A DNA stretch of 64,000 nt from a virus (Duplodnaviria > Heunggongvirae > Uroviricota > Caudoviricetes), in IMG/VR virus record IMGVR_UViG_3300043425_000245; one strand, given 5' to 3'. Shown in pieces: positions 34,844 through 46,078 of the stretch. The position numbers were made by a program, and so were the translations under genes. The first letter of the stretch is position 1. Each line of letters starts with the position of its first letter. Below the pieces are notes generated by a model. That model was not told the DNA's origin. It did not search any database and worked only from the letters and a program-made list of their open reading frames with translations.

Positions 34844-35662
34844 ATGTACTTCAAAGACTTCCCTCAGTTTCTTTATGACTTTAATTATGGGAATGGTAAA
34901 TCTAAAACTACTGTTGTTAAAGACATAACAAGAAACGTTCGTATCAAGAAAGATATTCTAGCAAACATCTCATTGTTTGATGAGTATGATATCATTGATG
35001 GTGAAACACCAGAGATTATTGCAGAGAAGTTCTATGGTTCCCCTGAATATCACTGGGTTGTTATGATTGCCAATGAAAAGTATGATTGGACCACAGATTA
35101 TCCTCTAAGAGAATCCATTCTACAAAGACATATCAAAACATCATACAATCCATTGCTTTATTCTGATGATTGGTATTGGGATGTTCATGATGATGGTTTA
35201 ACATACGTTCACTTAAAGATCACATATGGTTCAACACAACCTTTTGACCCAGACTATTTGACCGCACCTGTTACAATTAAACTTTACGATCCATCTAAGA
35301 CATATGTTAAGACCATAAATTTCCCTGGCGACTATGTTGAATTGGATGTGGCTTCTCAGTACTTCGTTTTCCGTTACGAAGAACAAGCTGAGTTTGGACC
35401 AATTACAAACTTTGGTGAAGGTACATTGAATTATGGTGTTGGTAAAACAAGGATCTATATTGAAACTGACGGTAGAGAAAACAATCCTATCTATTTCGTA
35501 GACACTAAAGGTAATATTGTTAACCCAAACGTTGATGGTGCTGAACCTGTTACTGGTGCTGAAGTCCACCGATTAGAAAATGATAACAAACGAAGAATTA
35601 AAATTATTTCTCCAGGATTGTTAGAAACGCTGATCAAGAATTATGAAGAGCTTCTAAGATGA
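34844..35662 (+). CDS. 53: baseplate wedge gp53
   Basis: MYF..FP..Y..Y.I.DGETPE.IA.K.YG..HWVV..N; ends IKII. Confidence 0.9.
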   Translation: MYFKDFPQFLYDFNYGNGKSKTTVVKDITRNVRIKKDILANISLFDEYDIIDGETPEIIAEKFYGSPEYHWVVMIANEKYDWTTDYPLRESILQRHIKTSYNPLLYSDDWYWDVHDDGLTYVHLKITYGSTQPFDPDYLTAPVTIKLYDPSKTYVKTINFPGDYVELDVASQYFVFRYEEQAEFGPITNFGEGTLNYGVGKTRIYIETDGRENNPIYFVDTKGNIVNPNVDGAEPVTGAEVHRLENDNKRRIKIISPGLLETLIKNYEELLR

Positions 35663-36927
35663 GTTTTATTTCTGGTAAGTATTTACGTTTTGCTGGTGAT
35701 GTAAATATCGACAAATGCGTGTTGACTGGAAGCAATGGCGTCTTCCAGAATATCACTGCGCAAGTTACACAAGTGCAAATATTTGAAGATATCTTTTCAC
35801 CATACATCACAGGCAGCATAGTTATAAAAGACGCATTAGACTTTACTAACTTATTTCCATTACGTGGTGAAGAATACTTACAGTTGAGAATATCAACTCC
35901 AACTATGGAACGTGGATATATTGAAGGTACATTCCACGTCTACAAGATGAGCGACAGAACTAAACTTGGTGATAGAACTGTTGCTTACGAATTGAACTTT
36001 ATTTCAATTGAGTCTCTAGCTGACGCAAATAAAAAGATCAGCAAAGTTTATTCTGGAAAGATCTCAGACATTGTTGGTTCGTTTGTGTTGGATAAGATTG
36101 ATGGTCTTGAGAGCGGTAAGCAATTTATTGTAGAAAATACAAGAAACACTATCAAGTATATTTCAAACTTCTGGTCTCCTGTTAAGAACCTAACGTTCTT
36201 GGCAGATAACGCCATTTCAGAATCACAATCACCGTCATTCTTATTCTTTGAAAATAGAGACGGTTTTAATTTTAGATCTCTGGAAAAGTTATACAAGGGT
36301 GAACCAATCATTGAGTTTGTAAACGACCGCTACACTCGTGACAACTATCCTGTTGGTGGTAACGCTCTTAACATTCTAGAAGATTATAAGCGAATTACAG
36401 ATATAGAAGTACCAGCAATGTATGACTATATGGATAGACTGAGATCTGGTATGTTGGCGTCTAAGTTGATTTCTTATGACTCCACTAAGAAAACGTACAC
36501 TGTTAAAAACTATATCGCAGCAAACCGTTTTGAATCGCAGGGGCATTTGAACAAGAATCCATTGTTCACCAATGATGCACCAATTCGATCAAACTCTAAG
36601 ATCATTCTATACCCAAGAGCGTTTGAAACATTTACTAGTTTCGGTGATACAACTAACGCACGTATCATTCAAGAAAGAAACTCATTTTTAAAAATGGCTG
36701 AGTCCCAAAAGGTTGTTATTTCTGTTCCAGGAAGATGCGATTACACGGTCGGTATGACTTGTAACTTATACTTGCAACAGACAAAACCAATAAACAAACG
36801 AGACACACAAGACGAAATTACAGATAAGATCTTATCTGGTAAATATCTTATTGCCGCTATAAATCATATTATATCTCCAGAAGGTCATGAGTGCCGTATG
36901 GAATTGACAAAAGATTCATTAATGTAA
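35659..36927 (+). CDS. baseplate hub protein (gp27-like)
   Basis: IFEDIFSP..TG..FLFFENRDGFNF..GKYLIxAI.H; between genes 53 and 5. Confidence 0.75.
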   Translation: MSFISGKYLRFAGDVNIDKCVLTGSNGVFQNITAQVTQVQIFEDIFSPYITGSIVIKDALDFTNLFPLRGEEYLQLRISTPTMERGYIEGTFHVYKMSDRTKLGDRTVAYELNFISIESLADANKKISKVYSGKISDIVGSFVLDKIDGLESGKQFIVENTRNTIKYISNFWSPVKNLTFLADNAISESQSPSFLFFENRDGFNFRSLEKLYKGEPIIEFVNDRYTRDNYPVGGNALNILEDYKRITDIEVPAMYDYMDRLRSGMLASKLISYDSTKKTYTVKNYIAANRFESQGHLNKNPLFTNDAPIRSNSKIILYPRAFETFTSFGDTTNARIIQERNSFLKMAESQKVVISVPGRCDYTVGMTCNLYLQQTKPINKRDTQDEITDKILSGKYLIAAINHIISPEGHECRMELTKDSLM

Positions 36928-36936
36928 GGTTAAATT

Positions 36937-39900
36937 ATGCAATTATATTTTGGTATTGTAGAAAACAGAAGCGACCCGCTTGAGCTTGGTAGATGCCAAG
37001 TGCGAGTCGTTGGTCTACATACACACGATAAGAACTTACTTCCAACATCGGATCTACCTTGGTGTGCAACTATGCAGCCAAGTATTTCTGCTGCTATGAA
37101 TGGTATTGGTTATACTCCAATTGGACCAGTTGAAGGAAGTTCTGTACTTATAACATTCGTTGATGATACTTTACAACAAGGTATTATTCTTGGTGCTGTT
37201 GGTGGTATTGCAACCGAGCCAGTACCTATTGACTATGATGACTCTGGACCAATTTCTAAACAAGAAGTTGCCACAACAGCTGTCCAACTTAGATCAGTTG
37301 CAGGACCAACGACAGGCAACAAATTAAAGTTCTTTGATCCAAACTCTAATAGATCTGACTTGACAAATTCGCTGCAAGCGAACATGAGAGTTTCTGGTTT
37401 TGGTATACCTGCTGGTACAACTATCGTTTCTATTGATAGTGGTACAGATATTACTATTTCAACTGTCGTACGAGACCTTGAAGAAAACATTATCACGTTT
37501 GAGCCACCTCTAGCTAACGCTAAAACAGTAGTTGAATCTAAGACTAACATTACTGCTGCTGTTGTTTCCGAGAAAGCAGAGCCTGTGCCTCAAACTCCAG
37601 TGAACACTGAGATTCCAACATTACCACCACTGCCTGAGTTTAAAGGTACTCAGATTAAAGCGTCGGAAGGTATTAAGGCATTGATCGCTGCTTGTGATAA
37701 AGTAGGTTTGAAAACCAAAGAACAGAAATGCGCATTGTTGGGTATTGCTGGTGGTGAGTCTGGATGGATTCCACAGAAAGAATCATACAACTATTCACCT
37801 GCTCGTTTGAAACAGATCTTCTCGTTTGCGACTGATGAAGATGTTGAAAAGTATTCAAACGCTGTTAAGAAGGGTCTAACACGACAAGAATTTTTCTCTT
37901 GGTGTTATGGTCCAACTAAGCGTGGTAAAGGTTTCTTTGGTCATACAACCGATGAGATGGGTGGCAAATACTATGGTCGTGGTTTTATTCAGTTGACTGG
38001 ATATTCTAACTACAAGAAGTACAACGACCTTGCTAACAAGATGGGTATGGCCATTGATATTGTTAATAATCCAGATTCATTGGACGATGATATTAACGTT
38101 TCCGCTTTGGTTGCTGCTTTATACATTAAAGATAGAGTACCTGCTAAAGTTAATCAAAACGCACATCCTGATTATTTCTTTGCAGCCAAGAAAGCTGTTG
38201 GTATAAACTCTCCAGATATTGCTGCCAGAAAATTAAGTTACTATGAACACTTCTATGGCGTTAAGGTTTCTGGCGGTGTAATTAAAGATGCTGGCGTTGC
38301 TGCCCCAGAAACATCAACTACTGGAGAGACTAAGCCAGGACCATCTGAGAAATCTATCACTACTGGTTCTTTCGGTATTGGTTTCCGAGACCCAAATAAC
38401 AAGTATCCTCTAAAAGAATATATCGGCGAGTCAGACGTAAACCGTTTAGCACGAGGCGTGATTGACGGCACTGTTGTTGGTGTGAAAGACTCCAAACGTG
38501 TTTTTGGTATCCCAAAAGGTATCGTTGGTGGATCGTGGGATCAGCCACCTGCTCCATTCGGTGCTAAGTATCCGTTCAATAAAGTTTTTGAAACTGAAGG
38601 TGGTCACATTCAAGAGTTTGATGATACTCCAGGGCAAGAACGTATTCACACATATCACCGCTCTGGTACATTTACTGAAGTTGACGCAAACGGCACTCAG
38701 GTAAATTATATCGTTGGTGATAACTTCGTTTTGATGGAACAAAACGGTTGTATCCACGTTGCTGGCGAATGTAATATTACTGTTGATGGTAATACTAATA
38801 TCTTTGCAAGAACTGATGCTAATATCGAGGTTGCTCAAAACGCTTCGTTGAAGGTTGGTAACAATTTAGATGTTGGAGTAGCTAACGACACATACTTTGC
38901 CATCGGTGGAGATTTTAAAGTTAAAGTCGCTGGTGAGATGAGCATTGAAGCTCAAAGCGTATATCAAAAGTCTAACACAGTATATAACGTCGAGTCTACT
39001 GAACAAGTTAACGTAAAGTCTGCAACAATCAACCAGCAATCAGATAGTGACCTGAACTTAAAAGCTGGTTCTGCTATTAAAGCATCTGGCGCAACTGTGA
39101 ACGTAAAAGGCTCTGGTGCTGTCAATGTTGACTATGGAACATATAACCTTGGTACGGGATCTGCTCAAGCAGCATCTGACGCACAAGGTTCTAAAGCTGT
39201 TCAATTAACACCTCCTCCAGCTGGAGATCCTTTGAACTCTAACATCAATTATAGCGTTCCGCCTCCAAGAGAGTTTGAAACAAGAGGTGTTATTGAGACT
39301 CCAGAAGATTGGGAAACACCAGAAGGTAGATCTCAGCGAAATAGCGTTGAAAAGACTGATGGCGTCGCAGATGCAATTGCTGTTGGTGCTATTGTTGCTG
39401 CTGAAGAAGGCGCACCTCCAACTGGCGGTTCAAAGAATATCGCGACTGTTGATAAGTCTTTGATTTACACGACTAGAGATTTTACCAACGATTACAGACT
39501 ATCTAAGAACATAACTCTTGGTATGATGATTGACGGTGGCGTTGGTGGTAAACACCGTCTAACACCTCAGATGTTGAAGGCTTCTAAAGACAGCCCTGAG
39601 CGTCTATACACTGTTCAAGAGATTGTTGGTAACTTGGCAGAAACAGCAAATAACGTGCTTGAACCACTGATGGATATTTTGCCAGGTGGTATCGGTGGTT
39701 ATAACAAACAATGGGGTATTAACTCTGGTTATAGATTGAAGGGTGTTGTGTCAAACGAGTCCCCAACTTCTGACCACTGTAAGGGTCACTGTATCGACAT
39801 CGGTATCCGTCACCCAGATATCTTTAATGAGACATTTAAGTATGCTCAGAACATTGAAAAGTTGATTCCATACGACCAGATTATCCTTGAGTATGCATAT

Positions 39901-40056
39901 GGTAAAACTCCGTGGATTCATATTGGTTATAGAAAAGACAACAACCGAAAGATGGCTTTCACTATGGTTAACCACGATGTTTACAAGAGAAACACAAAGG
40001 GTATCCCAGAAGGATTCTTCTTAATTAACCCAATTCCAGCACCTAGAGGTAAGTGA
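36937..40056 (+). CDS. 5: gp5 baseplate spike with GH19-like and M15-like enzyme domains
   Basis: N-terminal GxVENRxDPLxLGRCxVRVxG OB domain; YYGRGFIQLTGxxNY (GH19); YPFNKV..TEGGH..DDTPG.ERI beta-helix start; INSGYR..SDH..G..DI (M15). Confidence 0.9.
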   Translation: MQLYFGIVENRSDPLELGRCQVRVVGLHTHDKNLLPTSDLPWCATMQPSISAAMNGIGYTPIGPVEGSSVLITFVDDTLQQGIILGAVGGIATEPVPIDYDDSGPISKQEVATTAVQLRSVAGPTTGNKLKFFDPNSNRSDLTNSLQANMRVSGFGIPAGTTIVSIDSGTDITISTVVRDLEENIITFEPPLANAKTVVESKTNITAAVVSEKAEPVPQTPVNTEIPTLPPLPEFKGTQIKASEGIKALIAACDKVGLKTKEQKCALLGIAGGESGWIPQKESYNYSPARLKQIFSFATDEDVEKYSNAVKKGLTRQEFFSWCYGPTKRGKGFFGHTTDEMGGKYYGRGFIQLTGYSNYKKYNDLANKMGMAIDIVNNPDSLDDDINVSALVAALYIKDRVPAKVNQNAHPDYFFAAKKAVGINSPDIAARKLSYYEHFYGVKVSGGVIKDAGVAAPETSTTGETKPGPSEKSITTGSFGIGFRDPNNKYPLKEYIGESDVNRLARGVIDGTVVGVKDSKRVFGIPKGIVGGSWDQPPAPFGAKYPFNKVFETEGGHIQEFDDTPGQERIHTYHRSGTFTEVDANGTQVNYIVGDNFVLMEQNGCIHVAGECNITVDGNTNIFARTDANIEVAQNASLKVGNNLDVGVANDTYFAIGGDFKVKVAGEMSIEAQSVYQKSNTVYNVESTEQVNVKSATINQQSDSDLNLKAGSAIKASGATVNVKGSGAVNVDYGTYNLGTGSAQAASDAQGSKAVQLTPPPAGDPLNSNINYSVPPPREFETRGVIETPEDWETPEGRSQRNSVEKTDGVADAIAVGAIVAAEEGAPPTGGSKNIATVDKSLIYTTRDFTNDYRLSKNITLGMMIDGGVGGKHRLTPQMLKASKDSPERLYTVQEIVGNLAETANNVLEPLMDILPGGIGGYNKQWGINSGYRLKGVVSNESPTSDHCKGHCIDIGIRHPDIFNETFKYAQNIEKLIPYDQIILEYAYGKTPWIHIGYRKDNNRKMAFTMVNHDVYKRNTKGIPEGFFLINPIPAPRGK

Positions 40057-40117
40057 TAGTGAGTCACTATTTTCAAGGTTCCAATAACAGTTTTGTAGAG
40101 TTATAATAAATAATAAA

Positions 40118-40507
40118 ATGCGCAATACAAGAATATTCTCAGACTTAGATCTAAACTTCAGCCCTCACCCTGTGACGGGCGACGTCACACGTAAGTTGGA
40201 TGAGAACTCAATAAAGCAGTCTGTTAAAAACCTTATTATGACTAAACACTTCGAGAGACCTTTCCATAGCGAATTAGGATCTCAAGTTATGTCTCTGTTA
40301 TTTGAACCTATGACACCATTAACAACGTTGATGGTTAGAAGGTCTATTATTGATTTGATTTCAAACTTTGAACCAAGAGTAGAGTTGATCAACGTTGATG
40401 TAATTGCTTCAGAAGAAAACAACGGATTGTATTGCGAAATAATTTTCAAGATAGTAAACACTGAGCGTCCGCTTACTCTTGAACTAGTATTAGAGAGAAC
40501 ACGATAA
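40118..40507 (+). CDS. 25: baseplate wedge gp25
   Basis: DLDLxF..HPVT..IKQSVxNL..ERPF..LLFE..FEPRV. Confidence 0.93.
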   Translation: MRNTRIFSDLDLNFSPHPVTGDVTRKLDENSIKQSVKNLIMTKHFERPFHSELGSQVMSLLFEPMTPLTTLMVRRSIIDLISNFEPRVELINVDVIASEENNGLYCEIIFKIVNTERPLTLELVLERTR

Positions 40508-42339
40508 TGGCAAAAAATAATAGAATTAAAGTCAACGACCTAGACTTTGACACAATCAAAGATAACTTTAAAGAGTTTCTACGTGGACAGGAACAATTTC
40601 AAGACTATGACTTTGACGGTTCGTCATTCTCTATCTTACTAGACGTCCTAGCATACAACACTCACTACAATGCATTGTATACAAACCTTGCTGTTAATGA
40701 GATGTTCTTGGACTCGGCTTCTAAGAGATCGTCAGTAGTTTCTTTGGCTAAGATGTTGGGTTATGTGCCGAACTCTGCAGCTTGCTCAAAAGTTTACGTC
40801 AACGCTACAATTACTGCTCCAACATATAACCCAGACGTTGCCACTTTGGCGGCGGGTCAACCTTTCTTGACTTCTATTGATGGTGTGTCATATACATTCT
40901 ATAATACTTCTGACGTTACAACAGTTGCGGCTGGTGGCTTCTATACATTTACAAACGTTGAATTGATTGAAGGTGTTCCTCTAGTTTATAACTATTATGT
41001 TAGATCTGGACAAAGATATATCATTCCAAACGCCAACGTTGATTTGACTACCCTAAAAGTAAAAATCAGAGAAACAGCAACAGACGACTCATTCTTAGTT
41101 TATGCTCCAGCTGATTCTTTGACTTCTCTAGATGCAAACACTAAGTCATACTTTATCAAAGAACTTGATGATGGTTTGTATGAAGTTTACTTCGGTGATG
41201 GTGTTATCGGTTACAAGCCACAAGAAGGTAATTACATCACGTTTGAATATTATGTTTCTTCTTTGGAAGCACCTAACGGTTCAAACACTTTCTCGTATGC
41301 GGGTACAGCGATTCTTGGTTCTGGTTTAACAGTTATTGCAACTGGACCAGCGCAAGGTGGCGCATCTCCAGAGTCTATTGATTCTATCAAGTACAACGCA
41401 CCAAAATTATTTGCTGCTCAAAACCGTGCAGTTACAACTGAAGATTACAAATCGCTTATCTATAAGAATTATCCACAAGCGCAATCTATCGTTGTTTGGG
41501 GTGGTGAAGATAACGACCCTCCTATCTATGGTAAGACTTTTATTTGTATCAAACCAACCGATACTAACAAGTTGACTGAATCGCAAAAAGACTTTATTAA
41601 GAACAACATCATTGGTCCAAAGTCTATCGTTTCTATCACACCTGAGTTCGTTGACCCTGAATACTTTAACGTTCAAATTGATATCACTGCATACTACAAC
41701 GCTAAGATTTCAGATAAAACTCCAGCTCAGTTAGAAACAATTATTCGTGAAGAGATTTATGCATACGACGATACTAACCTTAAAAAGTTTGACGGCGTCC
41801 TGCGCTATTCTCAACTAGTTTCTTTGATTGATAATGCTGATCAGTCTATCGTTAACAACACGACTAAGGTTCTAGTTCGCAGAGAATTCGTACCACGTTA
41901 TAACATCAGTTCAGAATATAAGCTGAACATGATCAACCCTATCTATCGTTCAACTATCCCAGCTGAATCAGTTCTTTCTACTGGTTTCTATATTCCAGAC
42001 TCAGCGAACGTTCACTACATTGACGATGATGGTGCTGGCAATCTACGTTTGTTCTACTTTGATGCCAACCAAAATAAATTTATTGTAAACCCAAGAATCG
42101 GCGAAGTCAATTACGAAAGAGGTACTTTGATTGTAAGAAACTTGGTCATTACTTCTCTTGCTTCTAGTAAGTTTGAATTGGTTCTAAAACCTGAATCGTA
42201 TGACGTTGTTACAGCTTACAACCAGATCGTTCAAGTTGACCGTCAATATTTAAGTGTTAATGTAATTAACGATGCTACTGCGGCTGGTTCTAACCAAGCT
42301 GGTAAGAACTATATCTTCACTTCAATCAGAACAGTATAA
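40507..42339 (+). CDS. 6: baseplate wedge gp6
   Basis: LDFDxIKxNxKxFL..FxDYDFDGS..LLDVLAYNTHY..FGDGV..QNRAVTxEDY..WGGED. Confidence 0.95.
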   Translation: MAKNNRIKVNDLDFDTIKDNFKEFLRGQEQFQDYDFDGSSFSILLDVLAYNTHYNALYTNLAVNEMFLDSASKRSSVVSLAKMLGYVPNSAACSKVYVNATITAPTYNPDVATLAAGQPFLTSIDGVSYTFYNTSDVTTVAAGGFYTFTNVELIEGVPLVYNYYVRSGQRYIIPNANVDLTTLKVKIRETATDDSFLVYAPADSLTSLDANTKSYFIKELDDGLYEVYFGDGVIGYKPQEGNYITFEYYVSSLEAPNGSNTFSYAGTAILGSGLTVIATGPAQGGASPESIDSIKYNAPKLFAAQNRAVTTEDYKSLIYKNYPQAQSIVVWGGEDNDPPIYGKTFICIKPTDTNKLTESQKDFIKNNIIGPKSIVSITPEFVDPEYFNVQIDITAYYNAKISDKTPAQLETIIREEIYAYDDTNLKKFDGVLRYSQLVSLIDNADQSIVNNTTKVLVRREFVPRYNISSEYKLNMINPIYRSTIPAESVLSTGFYIPDSANVHYIDDDGAGNLRLFYFDANQNKFIVNPRIGEVNYERGTLIVRNLVITSLASSKFELVLKPESYDVVTAYNQIVQVDRQYLSVNVINDATAAGSNQAGKNYIFTSIRTV

Positions 42340-45300
42340 TGTATACAAATAATACAAGAGTTCAGTTAAAGGATATTGTAGCGAGTCAGCTCCCAGAGTT
42401 TATTCGCGCACAATATCCAACATTTGTTTCGTTCGTTGAAGCGTACTATGAGTGGTTAGGAAACAACAGTGTTGACCTAACACAAATTAGAGACATCGAT
42501 ACAACACTTGATGAGTTTATCAAATACTTTAAAGCAGAACTTGCTCAGAACTATCCAGTAAGCTCAAGCTACGAAACTGAAAGATACCTATTAAAGCACG
42601 TTCGCGATCAATACCTTGCTAAAGGTTCTGAAGCGTCATATAAGCTGCTGTTTAGATTGCTATTCAGTAAAGACGTTTACATGGACTATCCTGGTAAACA
42701 GATGCTTCGTGTTTCGGATGGTCGTTGGCAACAAGATATTTCTTTGTTCGTTAGAGTTGACGTTGGTGACCCATTCGAGTTGATTGGTAAGATCGTTGAC
42801 ATTCAGACTTCTAGAAAGATCTATAGATCTACTCCAGTTGAAGGATATGAGTTCAGCGGATCAATCACAAAATTAACAGCCAACATTGAAAACGTTTTAC
42901 AAGTATCTGGCAACGTTTATGAGTTATTCTTAAACAGAAACTTCTACGGTGAAATCATTGCTGGCGACGTTGTTAAATATGGTTCTGACTTCCAAGGTCA
43001 AATTTTACCATGCGCTTCTAAACTCAAGATCGCTAACAAAGGTAAAGGTTTCAAACCAGGCATGGTATTCCAAGTTGCCTCTGGTGACGGTTCCCCTATC
43101 TGGTTCAAGGTTCTAACAACTGAACCATATACAAAACCAAACGGAGAAAAAGTTGACGGTGGTTTAAAAACTATTGACTTGATCAAGTTTGGTCTTGGAT
43201 ATAGTACAGATTTCTCTTTGACTATTCTACCTTCTTCTGCTGTATCAACTCAGAAGAAAGTATCTCAAACATCAGTGGCTATTACATATTCTGTAAAGAA
43301 TAACACGATCGCTGGCGTTAACCTTCTATCAGGTGGTTCTGGTTATATAGAAGTGCCTGATGTTATCATCGGCGGCGCACTTGGTAGTGGTGCCACTGCT
43401 CACGCTGTTTTAACTGACGGCGTTGTTACACAAATTATCATTGACACACCAGGTGAAGGTTATGAGAACCCATCTGTTGTTATTGTACCACAAGACGGAG
43501 ACCCAGGATCTGGCGCTGAAGGTGAGATCGTTCTTGGTTCTATCTACAACTATTCTTACTCTGACCAAACTAACGGTTTCACAGAAAACGGTTATTTGAG
43601 TGCTGGCGACTATTGGGACTTAACATCTAGAGGTAATGGCGGTTTACTAACTATTACTCTTTTTGCTACAACTCCAATTATTAAAACACGTGGTACAGGC
43701 TACGTTGTTGGTGATGTTGTATCAATCTATGGTATCACATATGAAGTTATGTCAGTCAACGGGTTTGGCGGTATTACTTCTTTACAAGTATCATCAACGC
43801 CAACGTTTACTACAATTACAGAGTATAATGAGAACGGTGTTTTTGTAACTGGTGGAACAGGTACTGGCGCTAAGATTTCTCCAACATACGGTATTGATGA
43901 TATTGTCGTCGCCAATGGTGGTGCAAATTACAATTACAATTTACCCGTTTTAGACTTAGACGTTCCAACAGACGGTGACGGTATACCAACTGGAAGCACG
44001 TCAGCCAAGGCTAAGTTGTCTATTGCAAACGGTCAAATTTCTGACGTTACTTTGCTAGGTTCTGTTGATCAAACAAGCGTTTTAACTGGCGGTTCTGGAT
44101 ATAACAAAAATCCAATAGCATACTTTAAAACAGCCGATGGTGACAATTCTGGTAAGGGTGCTAAAGGTATTGCACAAATCACAAACGGTGTTGTTACAGG
44201 TATAACTCTTGTAAACAGTGGTAACTCGTATCAAGATTTACCAGAAATTGTGATTGGTGATGAGTTCACTGCTTCAACATTAATATTAACAGACGACCAG
44301 TTCTTTAATGATGGTAAAGTATATACTGCACTTAATGATGGTATCACTGGAGAAACAGCTCCAACACATACAGTCAATACTGTTAATGCTGGTTTCTTTT
44401 TAACAAACTTCCCATACACAATTGCTACTCTTGGTACAACAGATTGGAACCAAGTAGCTGGTACTGAGGATGTAGAGTATGAAGTTGGCGATCAGATCAT
44501 TGCAGTTGGCGCAGGGTCAGGCACTGGTACAGCTACAACAACAGTTGTTCTAAACGGACAAGTTAAATTTAGATACTCTGGTGTACAAGCAACTGCTCAA
44601 GTTGATTCTCTAAAGTATGGTGGCGAGGGATATATCCACTTCCCATCATATAGAATCCAAGGTGCAGGCGGTTACTCTGACGGTGCTTACGTTGGTACTG
44701 TTGACCGTCAATTCTTTATTGACGCTAAGGATACAATTTCTGCTGACGCTGCTTTGATCAACGTTACTCTTGGCGCTGTTGCAAGATACCCAGGATATTA
44801 CAAAACAAACGACGGTTTCTTGGATGACTCAATGTTCATCCAAGACTCATACTATTATCAAGCGTTCGCTTATGTTCTAAAGATTGATGAACAGCTAGAA
44901 TCTTATGCTTCTGTTGTCCGTACTATGCTTCACCCATCGGGTATGGCTATGTTCGGCGAGTACAGTATTAACAACAAGATTAATCTTAACGTTGCTATCA
45001 CTTCGTTGGTCAAATCTCTTGGTATTTCGTTGTTCGAAATTGTTGATGTTAATGATACATACAAGACAGACGCTCAAGGTAATGTCGTTACAGGGATGTA
45101 CTACACATTCTCTAAAGACTTATCTACAACATACGAAGATATTCAAGACGCTATTACGTCTAAATTCTTCGTTAAGGGTGCTTCTGAAGAATTTGTACAA
45201 TTGAACGAAGTTCAGTTCTACAAGACGTTCACTAAAGCGATTGGTTTTACTGGTCAGGCTGAAACCGTTTTCATGGTAGATCCTGCTAGTGGTATCACTA

Positions 45301-45554
45301 GAGTTTTCTCTAAGACTCTAGAGCACACTACTTCTCTACAAGAAACATATTTGAGAAAATATTTCTTTAAGACTAGCCAAGATTTCCAGACTGTAAGTGA
45401 TTACCACCAATTGCTCTACACCCTAAATACCATTGATGATGGAATTTTTAATTGGGACACAGAATCGGGTTATGTTGTATTAAACCCATACGACGAAGGT
45501 TCTTACCAAGCCGAGCATTATTCAAACGAACGAAACGCTACGTTTTCAACATAA
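42339..45554 (+). CDS. 7: baseplate wedge gp7-like protein with Gly-rich repeat insertions
   Basis: P.FI..YP.FV.FxEAYYEW..KGSEASYxxLFRxLF; IQDSYYYQxFAYV..HPxG..FGE. Confidence 0.8.
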   Translation: MYTNNTRVQLKDIVASQLPEFIRAQYPTFVSFVEAYYEWLGNNSVDLTQIRDIDTTLDEFIKYFKAELAQNYPVSSSYETERYLLKHVRDQYLAKGSEASYKLLFRLLFSKDVYMDYPGKQMLRVSDGRWQQDISLFVRVDVGDPFELIGKIVDIQTSRKIYRSTPVEGYEFSGSITKLTANIENVLQVSGNVYELFLNRNFYGEIIAGDVVKYGSDFQGQILPCASKLKIANKGKGFKPGMVFQVASGDGSPIWFKVLTTEPYTKPNGEKVDGGLKTIDLIKFGLGYSTDFSLTILPSSAVSTQKKVSQTSVAITYSVKNNTIAGVNLLSGGSGYIEVPDVIIGGALGSGATAHAVLTDGVVTQIIIDTPGEGYENPSVVIVPQDGDPGSGAEGEIVLGSIYNYSYSDQTNGFTENGYLSAGDYWDLTSRGNGGLLTITLFATTPIIKTRGTGYVVGDVVSIYGITYEVMSVNGFGGITSLQVSSTPTFTTITEYNENGVFVTGGTGTGAKISPTYGIDDIVVANGGANYNYNLPVLDLDVPTDGDGIPTGSTSAKAKLSIANGQISDVTLLGSVDQTSVLTGGSGYNKNPIAYFKTADGDNSGKGAKGIAQITNGVVTGITLVNSGNSYQDLPEIVIGDEFTASTLILTDDQFFNDGKVYTALNDGITGETAPTHTVNTVNAGFFLTNFPYTIATLGTTDWNQVAGTEDVEYEVGDQIIAVGAGSGTGTATTTVVLNGQVKFRYSGVQATAQVDSLKYGGEGYIHFPSYRIQGAGGYSDGAYVGTVDRQFFIDAKDTISADAALINVTLGAVARYPGYYKTNDGFLDDSMFIQDSYYYQAFAYVLKIDEQLESYASVVRTMLHPSGMAMFGEYSINNKINLNVAITSLVKSLGISLFEIVDVNDTYKTDAQGNVVTGMYYTFSKDLSTTYEDIQDAITSKFFVKGASEEFVQLNEVQFYKTFTKAIGFTGQAETVFMVDPASGITRVFSKTLEHTTSLQETYLRKYFFKTSQDFQTVSDYHQLLYTLNTIDDGIFNWDTESGYVVLNPYDEGSYQAEHYSNERNATFST

Positions 45555-45565
45555 AGGAGTTCTCT

Positions 45566-46027
45566 ATGACTGAACAAAAATACGAATCTTTAACATCTGT
45601 AAAAGGTATGGTTAAAGTAACAAAAACAAACGAGTTTGGACAAATCACTCAAGAATTTGAGGTTCCAAACTTAGTGGTTACATCTGGCAAGATTTACATT
45701 GCTGGTAAGATGATCGCTACCGACTCTAACGTTCCAGTTGCTATGTCACACATGGGTATTGGTACTGGTACTGCTTCTCCAGTTGCAGAAGACACTGGTT
45801 TGGGTACTCAAACTGGTCGTGTACTATTGAGCGGTTCTCTACAAGAAAATAACTCTATCACTTACACTGCTACATTCCCAGCAGGTACTGGTACTGGTGC
45901 TATTACTGAAGCTGGTATTTTCAACGCTTCTACTGGTGGTACTATGCTTTGCCGTACAGTGTTCCCAGTTGTTACTAAGCAAGCTGGTGATACTATCGCT
46001 GTTACTTGGAAAGTTACTGTAAGCTAA
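45566..46027 (+). CDS. virion structural protein
   Basis: NLVVTxG..GxGT..A.DT.L..ITEAGIFN..G.M..RTVF..V.K..D; AAGGAG SD. Confidence 0.8.
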   Translation: MTEQKYESLTSVKGMVKVTKTNEFGQITQEFEVPNLVVTSGKIYIAGKMIATDSNVPVAMSHMGIGTGTASPVAEDTGLGTQTGRVLLSGSLQENNSITYTATFPAGTGTGAITEAGIFNASTGGTMLCRTVFPVVTKQAGDTIAVTWKVTVS

Positions 46028-46078
46028 TCTAATTTCTTTTTTGTTATGTTTCTATCAACAGGATACGGATTCAAATAA

